From contig CAVXLD010000005.1 in assembly GCA_963762565.1 (NCBI GenBank), positions 288,001 through 352,000 of the forward strand: a DNA stretch of 64,000 nucleotides, read 5' to 3'. Made by a program: the position numbers and the translations under genes. Under the pieces are notes generated by a model. That model ran no database searches. It saw only the letters and a program-made list of their open reading frames with translations, and was not told the DNA's origin. Origin of the DNA: an uncultured Verrucomicrobiae bacterium (GTDB taxonomy: Bacteria; Verrucomicrobiota; Verrucomicrobiia; Chthoniobacterales; JAFAMB01). Of the stretch, positions 8,685-19,055 are shown piece by piece (position 1 is the first letter of the stretch; every line of letters starts with the position of its first letter).

Positions 8685-9326
8685 TTATGGGCTGGGCGAG
8701 GAGCTTACCTGTTTTACTCTGCGAGTGTCTAATTTTCCATCATAGAAAACCTCAACCTCGCAACTCGCGGATCCTGCGTTCTCGGCAGTGGCAATCAGGC
8801 GGAATAGATATGTTCCTCGGTGGTCATTTAAGACCTGCTGGCCTTTGAACAGTTTGTCCACACGAAAATCCCACAGGGCGTCGCGGTCTGAAAACCTCAC
8901 CAGGTCCACATAAAAGTGAATGTTCTCGTCACGGGGTATGTCTCGAGGGTCGAGCTTGTGTCCTGCCCAAGAAACAATTGCTGAATCGTGAAGCGAATTT
9001 GGGAGATCCCCTCCTGGGGTGTACTTCTTTCGGAGGGACGTCAGAAACACCTGCGCGCCCTTGGCTGGTCTGCCTCCCGTATTACTCACCCTTGCGCGAA
9101 TGTAAACCTCGTTAATTTCTCCGCTATCGGTTTGACGCTTAATCTCGACGTTGTTCGCTTCGGCCACCGGGTCGTAATCGACCCTTAGTCTCGGTCTGGA
9201 ACGCCAATCGCGCCAGTGTTGATACACTCCTGACAGAAGGCCGCCCAAGATCCCGCCAACAAGCGCGCAAACGGAACCGAATAGTGCTATTTGCCAGGTT
9301 TCGGTCATTCCGGTGCATTGATTCAC
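8685..9326 (-). CDS. Hypothetical protein with an N-terminal transmembrane anchor and beta-rich domain
   Basis: 213 aa ORF; hydrophobic IALFGSVCALVGGILGGLLSG segment. Confidence 0.7.
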   Translation of the reverse strand: MNQCTGMTETWQIALFGSVCALVGGILGGLLSGVYQHWRDWRSRPRLRVDYDPVAEANNVEIKRQTDSGEINEVYIRARVSNTGGRPAKGAQVFLTSLRKKYTPGGDLPNSLHDSAIVSWAGHKLDPRDIPRDENIHFYVDLVRFSDRDALWDFRVDKLFKGQQVLNDHRGTYLFRLIATAENAGSASCEVEVFYDGKLDTRRVKQVSSSPSP

Positions 9327-9406
9327 GGAGTCAGTATTCCAGCACCGCCGGAGCCGACCAATACGTCATTCGGCGTATTGACATTTGTTTCCTCCCCTGA
9401 AGGGTA

Positions 9407-10642
9407 TCAGACTAGCGGTGGCGGTTGGCTAGGAATGTCAAAGACAAGAACAGCTAACTGAAGCTCCCGATCGGGGTGGTCTTTGTTTGCGATTACGAAA
9501 CGAAAGACGGATTGTTCAGCCCCTTTTGAGGTTGTGCGCTTGAAGTGGCTATGCGCTTCGACTGTAGGAACAATCTTCTCAAGGACTTCCGTTATTCCCT
9601 TGTTCTTGTTGAAAAGCAGGACAGCGGTTTTCGTGTTTCTCCAGGTTGTATAACCAAGGAGTTGGTCGATTGCCCCTGTCAGGCTCGCCGGTCCTTTCCA
9701 AATTTTGCACTCCGCAATGAAGATGCACTTGCCATTCTCGGTGACAAATATGTCAGCCTTACCGCCTTTTGAGAATGTCTCGGCGGTCACGGTCCCTCTG
9801 TAGCTATCGTTTAGGCTAACCAGCAGGATATTACGGATATCGTTCTCCGAAAGACCGGCGTAGGTCGTCGGACTGCGCTCGATCGCCTCGGACATATTCT
9901 GGAGGCTTTCCAAAATCTGGCTGTAGTGCGCATCTACCAGCGCTGGCTCTGGAGCAAAGGGCGTAGCGGTTGTTTGGAGCGGCTTGGGAGGACGTTTTCT
10001 AGTCAGGGGAACAGGCGCGAAGGAACTTATGTCCGGTCGTTGACGAATGGGAACTGCAATTTCACGCCGAATATCGCTAAGCCGCTCGAGCTCCAGTCGC
10101 CGATCCTCAAGATGAAGCCGGATCAGTCTCGGCAGTTCCGCGTTAAACGCTTCTATATCAATGCGTAGATTTTCGACCCAAGCCGTTAGTTCGAGCACGG
10201 CTTCGTCGATTTTTCGCTTTAGGTCTATGCCAGTTTCATTCGCTTCCAGCAAAATGGAAATCCGCAGCTCGCGTGCATGTACGTTTCCCCTCGGGACGGA
10301 ATAGGAATACCTTGAAGGCCTTATCTCGAACCAGCTTGCATCTCCTGTAAATGGAACGGCAAAGACATAGAAATTAGCCTTTGTCGTCACAATTTGCGGA
10401 CCTACAGTGATTTTCTTTTTTAGCTCTCCTTCCTCTGCCATTTCGAGTTGGTTCGTGTTCACGCGCAGAGGCGTGAGCTCACGAATCCCCAGGATGTGGT
10501 CTACGAGATCTTCAACCGGATGCCCAAAAATGTCGGCTTCGCTCAGCTTGCCAATTGTACTCGCGATCTCTTGTCCTTCGTGTTCGAGCACTATCCGCGA
10601 TTCGTGCGTAGAAAATAGTTGTTTACCGGGCGAGTATGGCAT
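9407..10642 (-). CDS. Hypothetical protein with a C-terminal PD-(D/E)XK-like nuclease domain
   Basis: ENDIR...GKADIFV...IFIAECKIWKG...AIDQLLGY motif set. Confidence 0.75.
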   Translation of the reverse strand: MPYSPGKQLFSTHESRIVLEHEGQEIASTIGKLSEADIFGHPVEDLVDHILGIRELTPLRVNTNQLEMAEEGELKKKITVGPQIVTTKANFYVFAVPFTGDASWFEIRPSRYSYSVPRGNVHARELRISILLEANETGIDLKRKIDEAVLELTAWVENLRIDIEAFNAELPRLIRLHLEDRRLELERLSDIRREIAVPIRQRPDISSFAPVPLTRKRPPKPLQTTATPFAPEPALVDAHYSQILESLQNMSEAIERSPTTYAGLSENDIRNILLVSLNDSYRGTVTAETFSKGGKADIFVTENGKCIFIAECKIWKGPASLTGAIDQLLGYTTWRNTKTAVLLFNKNKGITEVLEKIVPTVEAHSHFKRTTSKGAEQSVFRFVIANKDHPDRELQLAVLVFDIPSQPPPLV

Positions 10643-10776
10643 GGCGGCAATTCAATAGCCTAGTTCATTCAGTCCTTCCCTTAGAAGTGTTGGGAATTAA
10701 AAACGTCCACCAAGCGTCCACGCTACACGCTCTGTTAGTGGTTATTATCTCTCGTAACTGCCTCTCTCCGAACAAC

Positions 10777-10847
10777 CTGCCTCGCATGGATTCGAACCAT
10801 GACAAAGTGATCCAGAGTCACTTGTGCTACCGTTACACCACGAGGCA
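10777..10847 (-). tRNA. tRNA-Gln (anticodon CTG), CCA not encoded
   Basis: Minus strand tgcctcgtggtgtaacggtagcacaagtgactCTGgatcactttgtcatggttcgaatccatgcgaggcag; acceptor stem, anticodon arm and TTCGAAT loop intact. Confidence 0.97.
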
Positions 10848-11139
10848 AAAGGGAGGGAAATTCGCATACCATATCGTGGGCAAATCGCAAGCAAAAGACA
10901 TGACAGATGACAAATCCCAAATGACGGATTGGGAGAGTCCAGCAACACGGAAAGTGGGGCGGCCGGCGGAGTCTAATCCGAAAACGCTGGGCCGCGGCTC
11001 GGCGCGCGTATTGGCCCCCTAAGATCCAGCACCGAAGAATTAATGCCGCTGCGAAACCTTCTCGGCCATTCGGGAGCCTCGCCCCACCAAGTGAGGCATC
11101 GCCGATATTTGCTATTTGCTATTCGGGCGTAGCCGCCGC

Positions 11140-11961
11140 TCAGCTACCAAACGGATTCGTGACATTCGTTCCCGCCGGGGGAGAGAAATCGTAGACCGAG
11201 TCAGGGACCGGATCACGTTTTACGTCCGAGTAGTCAATCAACACTCGTTCCCCGCGTGGGCTCTGATAGTCAACTTTCTCCGGGGTCAGATCTGTCTTCA
11301 TCGTGAGAGTCAGCGATTTCACTAACCGACGAATTGCTGCCGTTTTCGGGGTTAAGGTGACCATGTAAGTGTCTCCGTCTTTGGTGCCCTCAATGCTGTA
11401 GTAGTCGGATACCCGCTGAAAATTGAGTCCGGCGGTCAGCGCCTCTAACGATTGCCGGATGATCGGTCGTTTAACGAGATCGTATTGTTCAGCTGTTTTC
11501 AGGTTGGGATAATAGATGGTCATTGTCTTGCCATCGATCACCGTCGTACTGGGCGAATTACCAGTGATTTCCCGCCGGATCATGTCCGGAGGCGTAAACC
11601 AGATCTTGCCCACGTTGATGACCGGCTCCTTCAAAATGGCGACGTGCCGTTCCTCTCTGAAGTTAGCCTGAAGGGAGGTACGATTCTGGTAAACCGTTTC
11701 CAGGCGTTGCACCAGGTTGGTGATCTCGTCCTGGGAGAGAGGAGCTGCGTGCAAAACCGAGGCGAAGAAAACGGTGATTAGCAAAACGACTATGGGGCTT
11801 CTCGGCGCGCGAGGACGCGCGCCCTCCCTTCCTAATCTAAGGTGGGCGGGAACAAAGCGTGATTGGTGATTAGTGATTCGTGATTGGTTGTTTTCGGCGA
11901 TCACAGCGAGGCCGGCCTTCCCGGCGCTGTTCCTTGAGAAAATAGCGATGTTCTTAGTCAT
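11140..11961 (-). CDS. lolA: LolA-family outer-membrane lipoprotein carrier
   Basis: SLQANFREE, GKIWFTPPDMIRRE, VIDGKTMTIYYP, FSPPAG; signal peptide; true start uncertain. Confidence 0.8.
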   Translation of the reverse strand: MTKNIAIFSRNSAGKAGLAVIAENNQSRITNHQSRFVPAHLRLGREGARPRAPRSPIVVLLITVFFASVLHAAPLSQDEITNLVQRLETVYQNRTSLQANFREERHVAILKEPVINVGKIWFTPPDMIRREITGNSPSTTVIDGKTMTIYYPNLKTAEQYDLVKRPIIRQSLEALTAGLNFQRVSDYYSIEGTKDGDTYMVTLTPKTAAIRRLVKSLTLTMKTDLTPEKVDYQSPRGERVLIDYSDVKRDPVPDSVYDFSPPAGTNVTNPFGS

Positions 11962-12084
11962 TTAGTAAACTCTTCAAACTCAACAAGCTAACCCGCATCC
12001 AAATGATTCGGCTAAGCCGAACCATTCGGATGCCGTAGCCTGCATCGCTCAAAAATCCGTAACAGATTTTTGAGCGACGCAGGC

Positions 12085-13005
12085 TCAAGTCTGCCAGATG
12101 GGGACAAAGTTAAACCATTGATCGGGAAATTCCCGGATAATGGTTTCAAAGACGTCAGCCACCCGTTGGGTATTGTTCTCGGTGGTGACAGTACTGTCCA
12201 TCTCGACCGGCGGATAGGCGTAACAACCATACCGGCCCGGCTGAAGTTGCAGCACGAAAGCGGGAATGACGGTCGCGCCAGTATGTTGCCAGATCCGGGC
12301 TGCCGCCGCGGAGAAAAGGGTCGGTTTGCCGAAGAACCTGACGTCAACACCGCTATTGAGATAGGGCCGGTCCACCAGCATCGCGACCAGCTCATTGCGG
12401 CGCAGCGCCTGGATAATCTCCACAAAAGCGAATTTATCGGCGCCTACGGTGATGGTTTTGATCCCGAACCGCGACCGATATTTCTGGCGCCAAACATCAA
12501 GTTTCGGAGTCGGTTCCCGCATGGTGACCACATTGACCGGGAAGCCTTCCGCGGCCAAGACCATGCCGCCGAGTTCCCAGGCGCCAAGGTGTCCGGTGAC
12601 TAATAATGTGCCGCGGCCTCGGGCCCGGGCTTGGTCGAGGAATTCGAAGCCACGCCGCGCCACGATTAATTGGTTCATGGCGGGTACACCGCCGGCGGCG
12701 GCATCGCAGAAGTCGTGGAGCATCCGTAAGAAGTTTTGGAAACAAGCCAGGCAAAGCTCAGCGGAATCCTGGTTGCTCAATTGCGCCAGATTGGAGAGGA
12801 GAGCATCCCGGCGTTCCGGGCAAAACCGGTAGCCCAGTCCGCCGACGCCGGCAGCAAACGACCGGGTCCAAGGACGCGGCAAGTGACGGACAAGCCAGTT
12901 GGCGATCTCGAAAGAGAATGGTGAGTACCAGGCGTTCCGCGGTAAGGACACATCGTTTTGGTTACCCGGGAGTGCCGGTACCGGCTCTGGCGCTGTCTGA
13001 TGCAT
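12085..13005 (-). CDS. Lipid A/lysophospholipid acyltransferase (LpxL/HtrB-like)
   Basis: LLVTGHLGAWELGG, MLVDR, VRFFG, IREFPDQWFNF. Confidence 0.9.
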   Translation of the reverse strand: MHQTAPEPVPALPGNQNDVSLPRNAWYSPFSFEIANWLVRHLPRPWTRSFAAGVGGLGYRFCPERRDALLSNLAQLSNQDSAELCLACFQNFLRMLHDFCDAAAGGVPAMNQLIVARRGFEFLDQARARGRGTLLVTGHLGAWELGGMVLAAEGFPVNVVTMREPTPKLDVWRQKYRSRFGIKTITVGADKFAFVEIIQALRRNELVAMLVDRPYLNSGVDVRFFGKPTLFSAAAARIWQHTGATVIPAFVLQLQPGRYGCYAYPPVEMDSTVTTENNTQRVADVFETIIREFPDQWFNFVPIWQT

Positions 13006-13008
13006 GCC

Positions 13009-13500
13009 TTAGTGGGCGAAACTGAAGATCATCGATCCCCGCCGATGAAACACTACTTTCGCCCCAATGAGTTGATCCCCTTTCCGTTCGAAAGTGGCGT
13101 TCCAAATCTTGCCGCCCTGAGCTGATGTCTGGTTCGAGTCGAAGTAGGGGACAACCTGTTTGAGTAGCGCCCAACTCTTCAGCACGCTAGGGACGCGGTC
13201 CACAGGCGCGACAGGCCCGGTCCAGCCGTTCCGGGCGAGTAAACCGGTTGCAACCAATTGGTCGCCGTGGGCCTGGATCTGAAGCACTTCAGCTCCTCCT
13301 TTAGAAAAGATCAGATCGTAATCTCCGCTGGGCTGGGTTCTCAGGATCACATCGCCAACGACAGAAGTGTGGGAGGTTTGATAGACCATTTGGCCGTCAT
13401 GTTTCCTGGCGTTAGCGAGCCCGGGAAGCTCGTTTACGGTTTGACAGGCGGAGAATAACAGAGCGAGACAAAAAAGAGGAAGGGTCAGATAACGAGACAT
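13009..13500 (-). CDS. Hypothetical lipoprotein
   Basis: Signal peptide with lipobox FSAC; 3-bp gap to the acyltransferase. Confidence 0.8.
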   Translation of the reverse strand: MSRYLTLPLFCLALLFSACQTVNELPGLANARKHDGQMVYQTSHTSVVGDVILRTQPSGDYDLIFSKGGAEVLQIQAHGDQLVATGLLARNGWTGPVAPVDRVPSVLKSWALLKQVVPYFDSNQTSAQGGKIWNATFERKGDQLIGAKVVFHRRGSMIFSFAH

Positions 13501-13733
13501 CTTCTAAATCTTCGGATTCTTGAGCGGTTCCGGATGCCCATTCGACGCGCCTGAGGCTTGCTCAGGGTAGGCCGGCCCTAAGCAAGCCTAAAGCACGTCG
13601 ATGGGTTTTACATCCGATAGGTGTGCCCCGACAGTAGCAGGCACCCGCAGAGATTCAAACCCTCAGGTACCAAGGCATTAGACGAGTCAGGCACGCTTCT
13701 GGTTGCAATCGCAACGCTGTTATCGCCGCGATC

Positions 13734-14007
13734 GCCGACAACGCCGACAACGCAAAACAGCGCCCAGCGCTAATCGTCCTCGTTCTCGTCGTCGTCCTCG
13801 TCCTCGATTTGAAACGGTGCAGCGCCCCGGCAGCTGAACCGCAAACCCCAGGTGATCAGGGGCCCTGTTATAGCGTCGGGGGGATTACACGTCAGGGACG
13901 TAACCGCGCGACTGGCGAGGACGAGGACGACGACGAGGACGAGAACGATTGCGCTGGGCTCCGTTTTACGTTGTCGGCGATCCCGGCGCTGACGGCGTTG
14001 CCGGCGT
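13734..14007. repeat. Nested palindromic intergenic element (GACGAG/GACGAC family)
   Basis: cgtcctcgttctcgtcgtcgtcctcgtcctcg ... cgaggacgaggacgacgacgaggacgagaacg, with outer cgccgacaac/gttgtcggcg arms. Confidence 0.85.
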
Positions 14008-14721
14008 CTAGGGGAGCCCGTCTATGACCGTGCCAGCCTCTATTCCATGTCGTTCGAACCAGCCTTGGTTCACCAGAAGAGTGTAGGAAATCGCGTTGGA
14101 AAGGCTTGGCACTGGCGTCTCGTCGTAGGGTTGCATCGGCCGGATTTGAACAATTTTGCCGTCGGATTGAACAAACGCGATCGAGAGCGGGATAGAGGCA
14201 TCTTTCATCCAGAACGTAACCCGCTGGGGCGCAGGAAAGACAAAAAGCATCCCGGCATTTTCAGCGAGCGTTTGCCGGAAACGTAAACCTTTGGCGAGTT
14301 GCTGTGGAGTTTCCGCGACTTCGACGTCTAACGGTTCGTTTCCGATTTGGATTTGGGCGGTGCGAAACCCGTACTCGTCGAGTTCAGCGGATGGGGTGGA
14401 CGGAGCAGCCGGGTTGAATGGGCTTGAGGAGCTGAAAGGCGTGCCGCCGGTGAACGGGGTGACTGATGGATAGGGGGTCGCGCGATGAGTAGTGGACACC
14501 GTTGGGGTTGCAGTTGCCAGTGGCGTTTTCGTTCCCGGCGTTCCCGGCGATGACGGCGTTGTCGGCGTTGGCGTAGCCACAGCGGTCTCCGAATCGACCA
14601 AATAATAAATGCCGATTCCTAACGCAATGGCTCCCGCAAAACAGAACAATGCAGCTCCGATCAGGATCAATATGACGAGCGCTAACGGAACCTGACATGA
14701 GGAAGGCGTTGTCCTTTCCAT
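14008..14721 (-). CDS. DUF192-domain protein with N-terminal TM and Pro/Thr-rich linker
   Basis: VEVAETPQQLAKGL, GMLFVF, FWMKD..IPLSIAF. Confidence 0.9.
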   Translation of the reverse strand: MERTTPSSCQVPLALVILILIGAALFCFAGAIALGIGIYYLVDSETAVATPTPTTPSSPGTPGTKTPLATATPTVSTTHRATPYPSVTPFTGGTPFSSSSPFNPAAPSTPSAELDEYGFRTAQIQIGNEPLDVEVAETPQQLAKGLRFRQTLAENAGMLFVFPAPQRVTFWMKDASIPLSIAFVQSDGKIVQIRPMQPYDETPVPSLSNAISYTLLVNQGWFERHGIEAGTVIDGLP

Positions 14722-14808
14722 GGACGTGTTTTACAAGAGACGTGAGCTAAGTCTTTTGCATGGAACCGGTTCCGGCGTACGTTCTGGCAACCTTTTGGAG
14801 ATTTGCTT

Positions 14809-15033
14809 ATGGATATTTATCTAGCGATTGGATTCGCGCCATTGGTTTTCGGATTATTCGCCCTCAGCCGGCCTCGCGCCCTGCGATATCTCATCGTAAT
14901 TGCCGGTGTACTGGCTTTAAGCGGTTGCTTGTCGCTCAAGCTTGGTAGCAATGACAAACCACCGCCAATAGCGGGGCAGAGCGCGGGTCCGGTTGATGTT
15001 GCCAATAGCATGGCGGAGGCACCGGGGAACTAG
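14809..15033 (+). CDS. Small membrane protein
   Basis: Two hydrophobic segments; fills the gap between neighbouring genes. Confidence 0.5.
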   Translation: MDIYLAIGFAPLVFGLFALSRPRALRYLIVIAGVLALSGCLSLKLGSNDKPPPIAGQSAGPVDVANSMAEAPGN

Positions 15034-15098
15034 GGGGAGGCGAAAGGGCGAAACGGCGTATGGGCGAAAGGGCGAAGGGGCGAAAGGGCGACAAACAT

Positions 15099-15375
15099 CT
15101 GGAGGGGAGCCGCTTTGGTGCGTGCCTAAAAATCACGACAAATTTGCTCTGTCATGAGCGCGGCTGAGAAGTGTGCTAAACAAGCGGCTCCCGCGAATAA
15201 CCCGGCGCTCTGCAATTCTACCGCTCGCGCAGAAACACGAATCAATGACGCGGTGGGTGGGCCATCGCGCTGGGTAATTCCCGGGAGCCGCCTGCTTTCA
15301 CGTTTTCAGGTCAGGCTCGAGAAATAGCGAATACCGCGAGGCCGTAAGGCACGCACCAAAGCGGCTCCCCTCCAG
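15099..15375. mobile_element. MITE-like element with perfect 29-bp inverted repeats (GGAGCCGCTTTGG family)
   Basis: ctggaggggagccgctttggtgcgtgcct / aggcacgcaccaaagcggctcccctccag; related copies at 20243-20566 and 63732 onward. Confidence 0.8.
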
Positions 15376-15465
15376 GGCGCTTCGCGCCTCGATACGCCCA
15401 TACGCGCATACGCGCATACGCGCATACGCCCTTTCGCCCTTTCGCCCTTTCGCATCTGCTATCTG

Positions 15466-17995
15466 CTATTTGCTATTTCCCCTCCGCGCCTCGCCCACCA
15501 ACGCCTTACCAAACGCCCGCACGTCCTCCGCGGTGCCAAATGAATCGAACCTCTCCGCGAGGCGCGGCGTTATCTGCGATACATCGAGTTCACGTACCAA
15601 TGCCTTAATATTAGGAACTGCCGCGGCAGTAACACTCAGATCGCGTAAACCTGACCCAAGCAAGATCGGCACTGCGTCTACGTCGGATCCGATTTCGCCG
15701 CAAACGGACACCGAAATTTTACGGTTCCGCCCCGCTTGAATCGCCGGTTGGCAAATCCGCAAAACTGCCGGATGCAAGGCGTCCGCGTACTGGTTTAAAG
15801 CCGGATTACCTCTCTCCGCGCAGAGCACATACTGGGTGAGATCGTTGGTACCGAAACTCAGGAAATCGCATTCGGCAGCGATCTGGCCGGCGAGAATGGC
15901 GGCGGATGGAGTTTCAATCATGGCGCCAATTGGGGCAGGCCAAGTGTGAGGCAGTTTTTCCGAGGTCAATTCCTGGTGTAGTTCGCCGAATACTTTTCTG
16001 AGCCGAACCAGTTCGGAATGATCTGTAACCATTGGAACCAGGATCCTGATTTGGAAATCGGCCGTTAAACGTAAAACCGCCCGAAGATGCGACCGTAGAA
16101 ACGGTGGGTTTTGAAACAGGAGCCGAATACCGCGTACCCCAAGAAAAGGGTTGGCTTCATGCGGCACGGTTAAGAAAGGTAATGGTTTGTCACCCCCAAT
16201 ATCTAAGAGTCGCAGGGTCACCAACCGTGTGCCGAACTGGGACAAAGCATCTTGATAGACTGAGAGCTGTTCAGCTTCCGAAGGCAGTTGGTCGAACTTT
16301 TGAAAGAGAAACTCAGACCGAAACAATCCGATGGAATCTGCGCCGTACCGCAAAGCTGCCGCGACATCTTCCTTCGAGCCGGCATTGGCGGCGATGTTGA
16401 TCACGAGACCGTCTCTGGTTTTAGCCTGTTCCCGGCTTTGCGAGAGCGCCACTTCGAAGGCGGTTTTGCTTGCTGCTCGCGCCGCCTCAATGCTGGTGCG
16501 TGTCTCAGGGCTGGGATCGATCCAAAGAGTCCCTTTCTCCCCGTCGAACGCGACGCAGGCGGCATGCCGGATCTGATCGGCCGCATTAGCGGCGCCGCCA
16601 ATTGAGGGAAGACGCAGCGCTCGAGCGAGAATCGCACCGTGCGAGGTCGCTCCACCATGCAGTTGGAGGACTCCTTGGATTCCGGCGGCACCGATGGTAT
16701 CCGCTAGACTCGGGGTCAACTCATCGCACACCAAAATCGCATCAGAGCTATTGTCCGGTAGAGTCAGTTTTTCTGCGTGTTCTCGCAGTTCATTGATCAC
16801 TAACGAGCGAATCTCGCGAAAATCGGCTGCTCGCGCTCTCAGGTATTCATCGGATACTGCTTCCTGTTCAGCGGCTAAACCTGTGAGAACAGCGTGCCAG
16901 GCCTGAGCCGCGTTCTCATGTTGGTCACGGGTCCGCTGCTGAACTTCGCCGATAATGGTCTGATCCGTGAGAATGAGCCGTTGTGCTTCCAGAATCGCCG
17001 ACGTTTCTGGATCGAGGGTTGATCGCAGACGTTCGAATCGGTCGGCAAACGCTTTTTCGGCGCGGTTGAGTGCTCCCTGAAGCTTTTCAAACTCAAGTGT
17101 AACCCCGGCCTCGTCCGGCACGGGGTAGGAAGGAATCGGTGGCTCAAGCTGATCGAGAAAAATCGGGTGACCGATAGCGATCCCGGCCGAAACCGGGAAC
17201 GGTCGATCGGTGGCCGGGGCAGCAGGCCGAGGAGCTTTCGCGACCGGCGCCGCACTTTCTCCGAAGTTGTTTTGAGCGAGGTCTTTGATGGCGGCGAGAG
17301 CAGCTTCGTCGTCGGACCCGGAAACCTTAAACCGGACCTGATCACCTTGACGCACTTGGAGGCGGGCGAGGTCAACCAAACTCTTTGCTGCGATCGGTCC
17401 CCGTTTACCCGACAAATTTTCGATCTGTACCGTCGCTTTGAAAGGGACCCAGCGCTCTTATTAAATTTGCCGCCGGGCGGAGATGCAGACCGTGTTCGTT
17501 CTGAACGGTTACCTCGAGCTCTTTTCCTTCGGTAGCAGTAGGGATGAGTTCCTGCTCATCCGAGCGTGCGGGCTGCGCCGGCGTGATGTCATCTAGTTGA
17601 TCTTGTTTTGGAACCAGTCCTTGTTGCGCGGCGGCAGTGACTTCGGTTAGTGCCGAGCCAATCTGTATCTGAACCGCCGCCGCAATACTGCCCTCAACTA
17701 ATGGCCCAGAACAGAGGACCAGCGGATCTGTCATCTCAAAGCTGACTAACTCTTTTGCCGTCTCCGCACTCAGGATCGCGCTGCCCATGTCCATCAACAC
17801 CAGGACACCCTCAGGGGAACGAACCTTGAGGATCGCTTCCTGAATGTCCAGCGCGTCAGTGCCGAGTTCCAATCGGTCATCGCCGACGCCTCCTGCCGCG
17901 ACGAGCGGAATATCGGGTCCAATTGTCCGCTTAATTAAATCGACTGTCGCTTCAGCCAGGCGACGACTATGTGAGACTAAGACAAGACCGACCAT
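15466..17995 (-). CDS. dhaM: DhaM-HPr-Enzyme I fusion (PTS phosphodonor for DHA kinase); frameshift at about 17438
   Basis: VGLVLVSHS, DMGSA (EIIA-like), NEHGLHLRPAA (HPr), GATSHGAILAR, GLFRSEFLF, MIETP, FGTNDLTQY (EI); removing one base in the run at 17437-17439 fuses the two ORFs. Confidence 0.9.
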
Positions 17996-18077
17996 CTTTG
18001 AGTGAGAAGTGAGAGGTGATTAGTGATTGGTGATTGGTCGTTCTCGGCGATGACGGCGTTGACGGCGTATGCATCTG

Positions 18078-18725
18078 CTATTTGCTATTTGCTATTCCGA
18101 TCGTTTCGGCTGCGGACTGTAACAGGAAGAAAGTCGAGGTCGCTCCAGGGTCCTGATGATTGGCGCTACGTTCCCCGAGATAGCTTGCTCGGCCGCGTCG
18201 CGCCAGCAACGGGATGGTCGACTGAAGTCCGGCTTCTGCGGCTGCGACCGCCTGCGCGAGCGCTTGGTCTAACGGTTCGTTTGCTCCGATGGCACGTCTA
18301 CACGCTTTTACAGCGGGATGAAGCGCATCAACCATCGTTTTATCGCCGATGGCGGCTTTACCCCGCAACACGATCCCGGCTAGTCCCTTTTCTAAGAGTA
18401 ACAAAAATTCCTGTGGTGTAAGCTCCGTCTTTCCGGTGGTCACAGTGCTCGCTTGTAAGAAGAAGGTGCCATACAGCGCACCAGCAGCACCTCCCACGGT
18501 CGAGATAAGCGTCATGGCAACGATCCTTAAGAGCGCGCCAATATCTTTTCCTTCCAGCTCGGATTTCTTAGCCAGAACGGCTTGAAACCCGCGATGCATG
18601 TTAGCTCCGTGATCCGCATCGCCGATATCTGAATCGAGCTTGGTTAGGAATTCTTTCTGTTCAGCAATCCGAAGCGAATAACGTTCTATCCAAGCGATGA
18701 TTTGGTCTGCAGTGATCTTCGTCAT
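18078..18725 (-). CDS. dhaL: Dihydroxyacetone kinase ADP-binding subunit
   Basis: LDSDIGDADHGANM, GDKTMVDAL, RGRASYLGERS, DPGATS. Confidence 0.95.
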   Translation of the reverse strand: MTKITADQIIAWIERYSLRIAEQKEFLTKLDSDIGDADHGANMHRGFQAVLAKKSELEGKDIGALLRIVAMTLISTVGGAAGALYGTFFLQASTVTTGKTELTPQEFLLLLEKGLAGIVLRGKAAIGDKTMVDALHPAVKACRRAIGANEPLDQALAQAVAAAEAGLQSTIPLLARRGRASYLGERSANHQDPGATSTFFLLQSAAETIGIANSK

Positions 18726-19055
18726 GAAGCGTTGGTAGGGCGAGGCTCCAAAGCGTATCCCGTTCCTTGGCGCGAAGGCTGTTGAGGGTTAGCACGTACT
18801 AAAGCGGTATTCAACATGGCCGAGCCGTTGGCCCGGCGTGTGATTGCAATGTTGGTTTTAGCCAGATCGTTTTCATCGAAACCATCAAGGGCGGGCCGAA
18901 GCCCGCCCTGACAACATCCCTGACTCGTGGTCGCGAAGCGATTCATACGAGCGCATTACTCCAACGCTCCGGTACTCCATCACTCCGCGCGCCAGGATTC
19001 GAGGACGAGGACGACGACGAGAACGAGAACGAAGCCCCCGTACGCGCCACGTGTC

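Noticed and set aside
10636..11022. 128-aa ORF spanning the tRNA
   Set aside because: Antisense translation of tRNA-Gln and repeats
12037..12086. Long hairpin between the acyltransferase and lolA as a terminator
   Set aside because: No U-tract on the coding strand; more likely a REP-like element within the operon
13621..13696. SRP RNA or 6S RNA assignment
   Set aside because: The SRP GGAA-loop motif is absent and the hairpin is too short for 6S; kept only as an unassigned structure
17430..17445. Programmed ribosomal frameshift in dhaM
   Set aside because: No canonical slippery heptamer, and many similar indels elsewhere point to sequencing error
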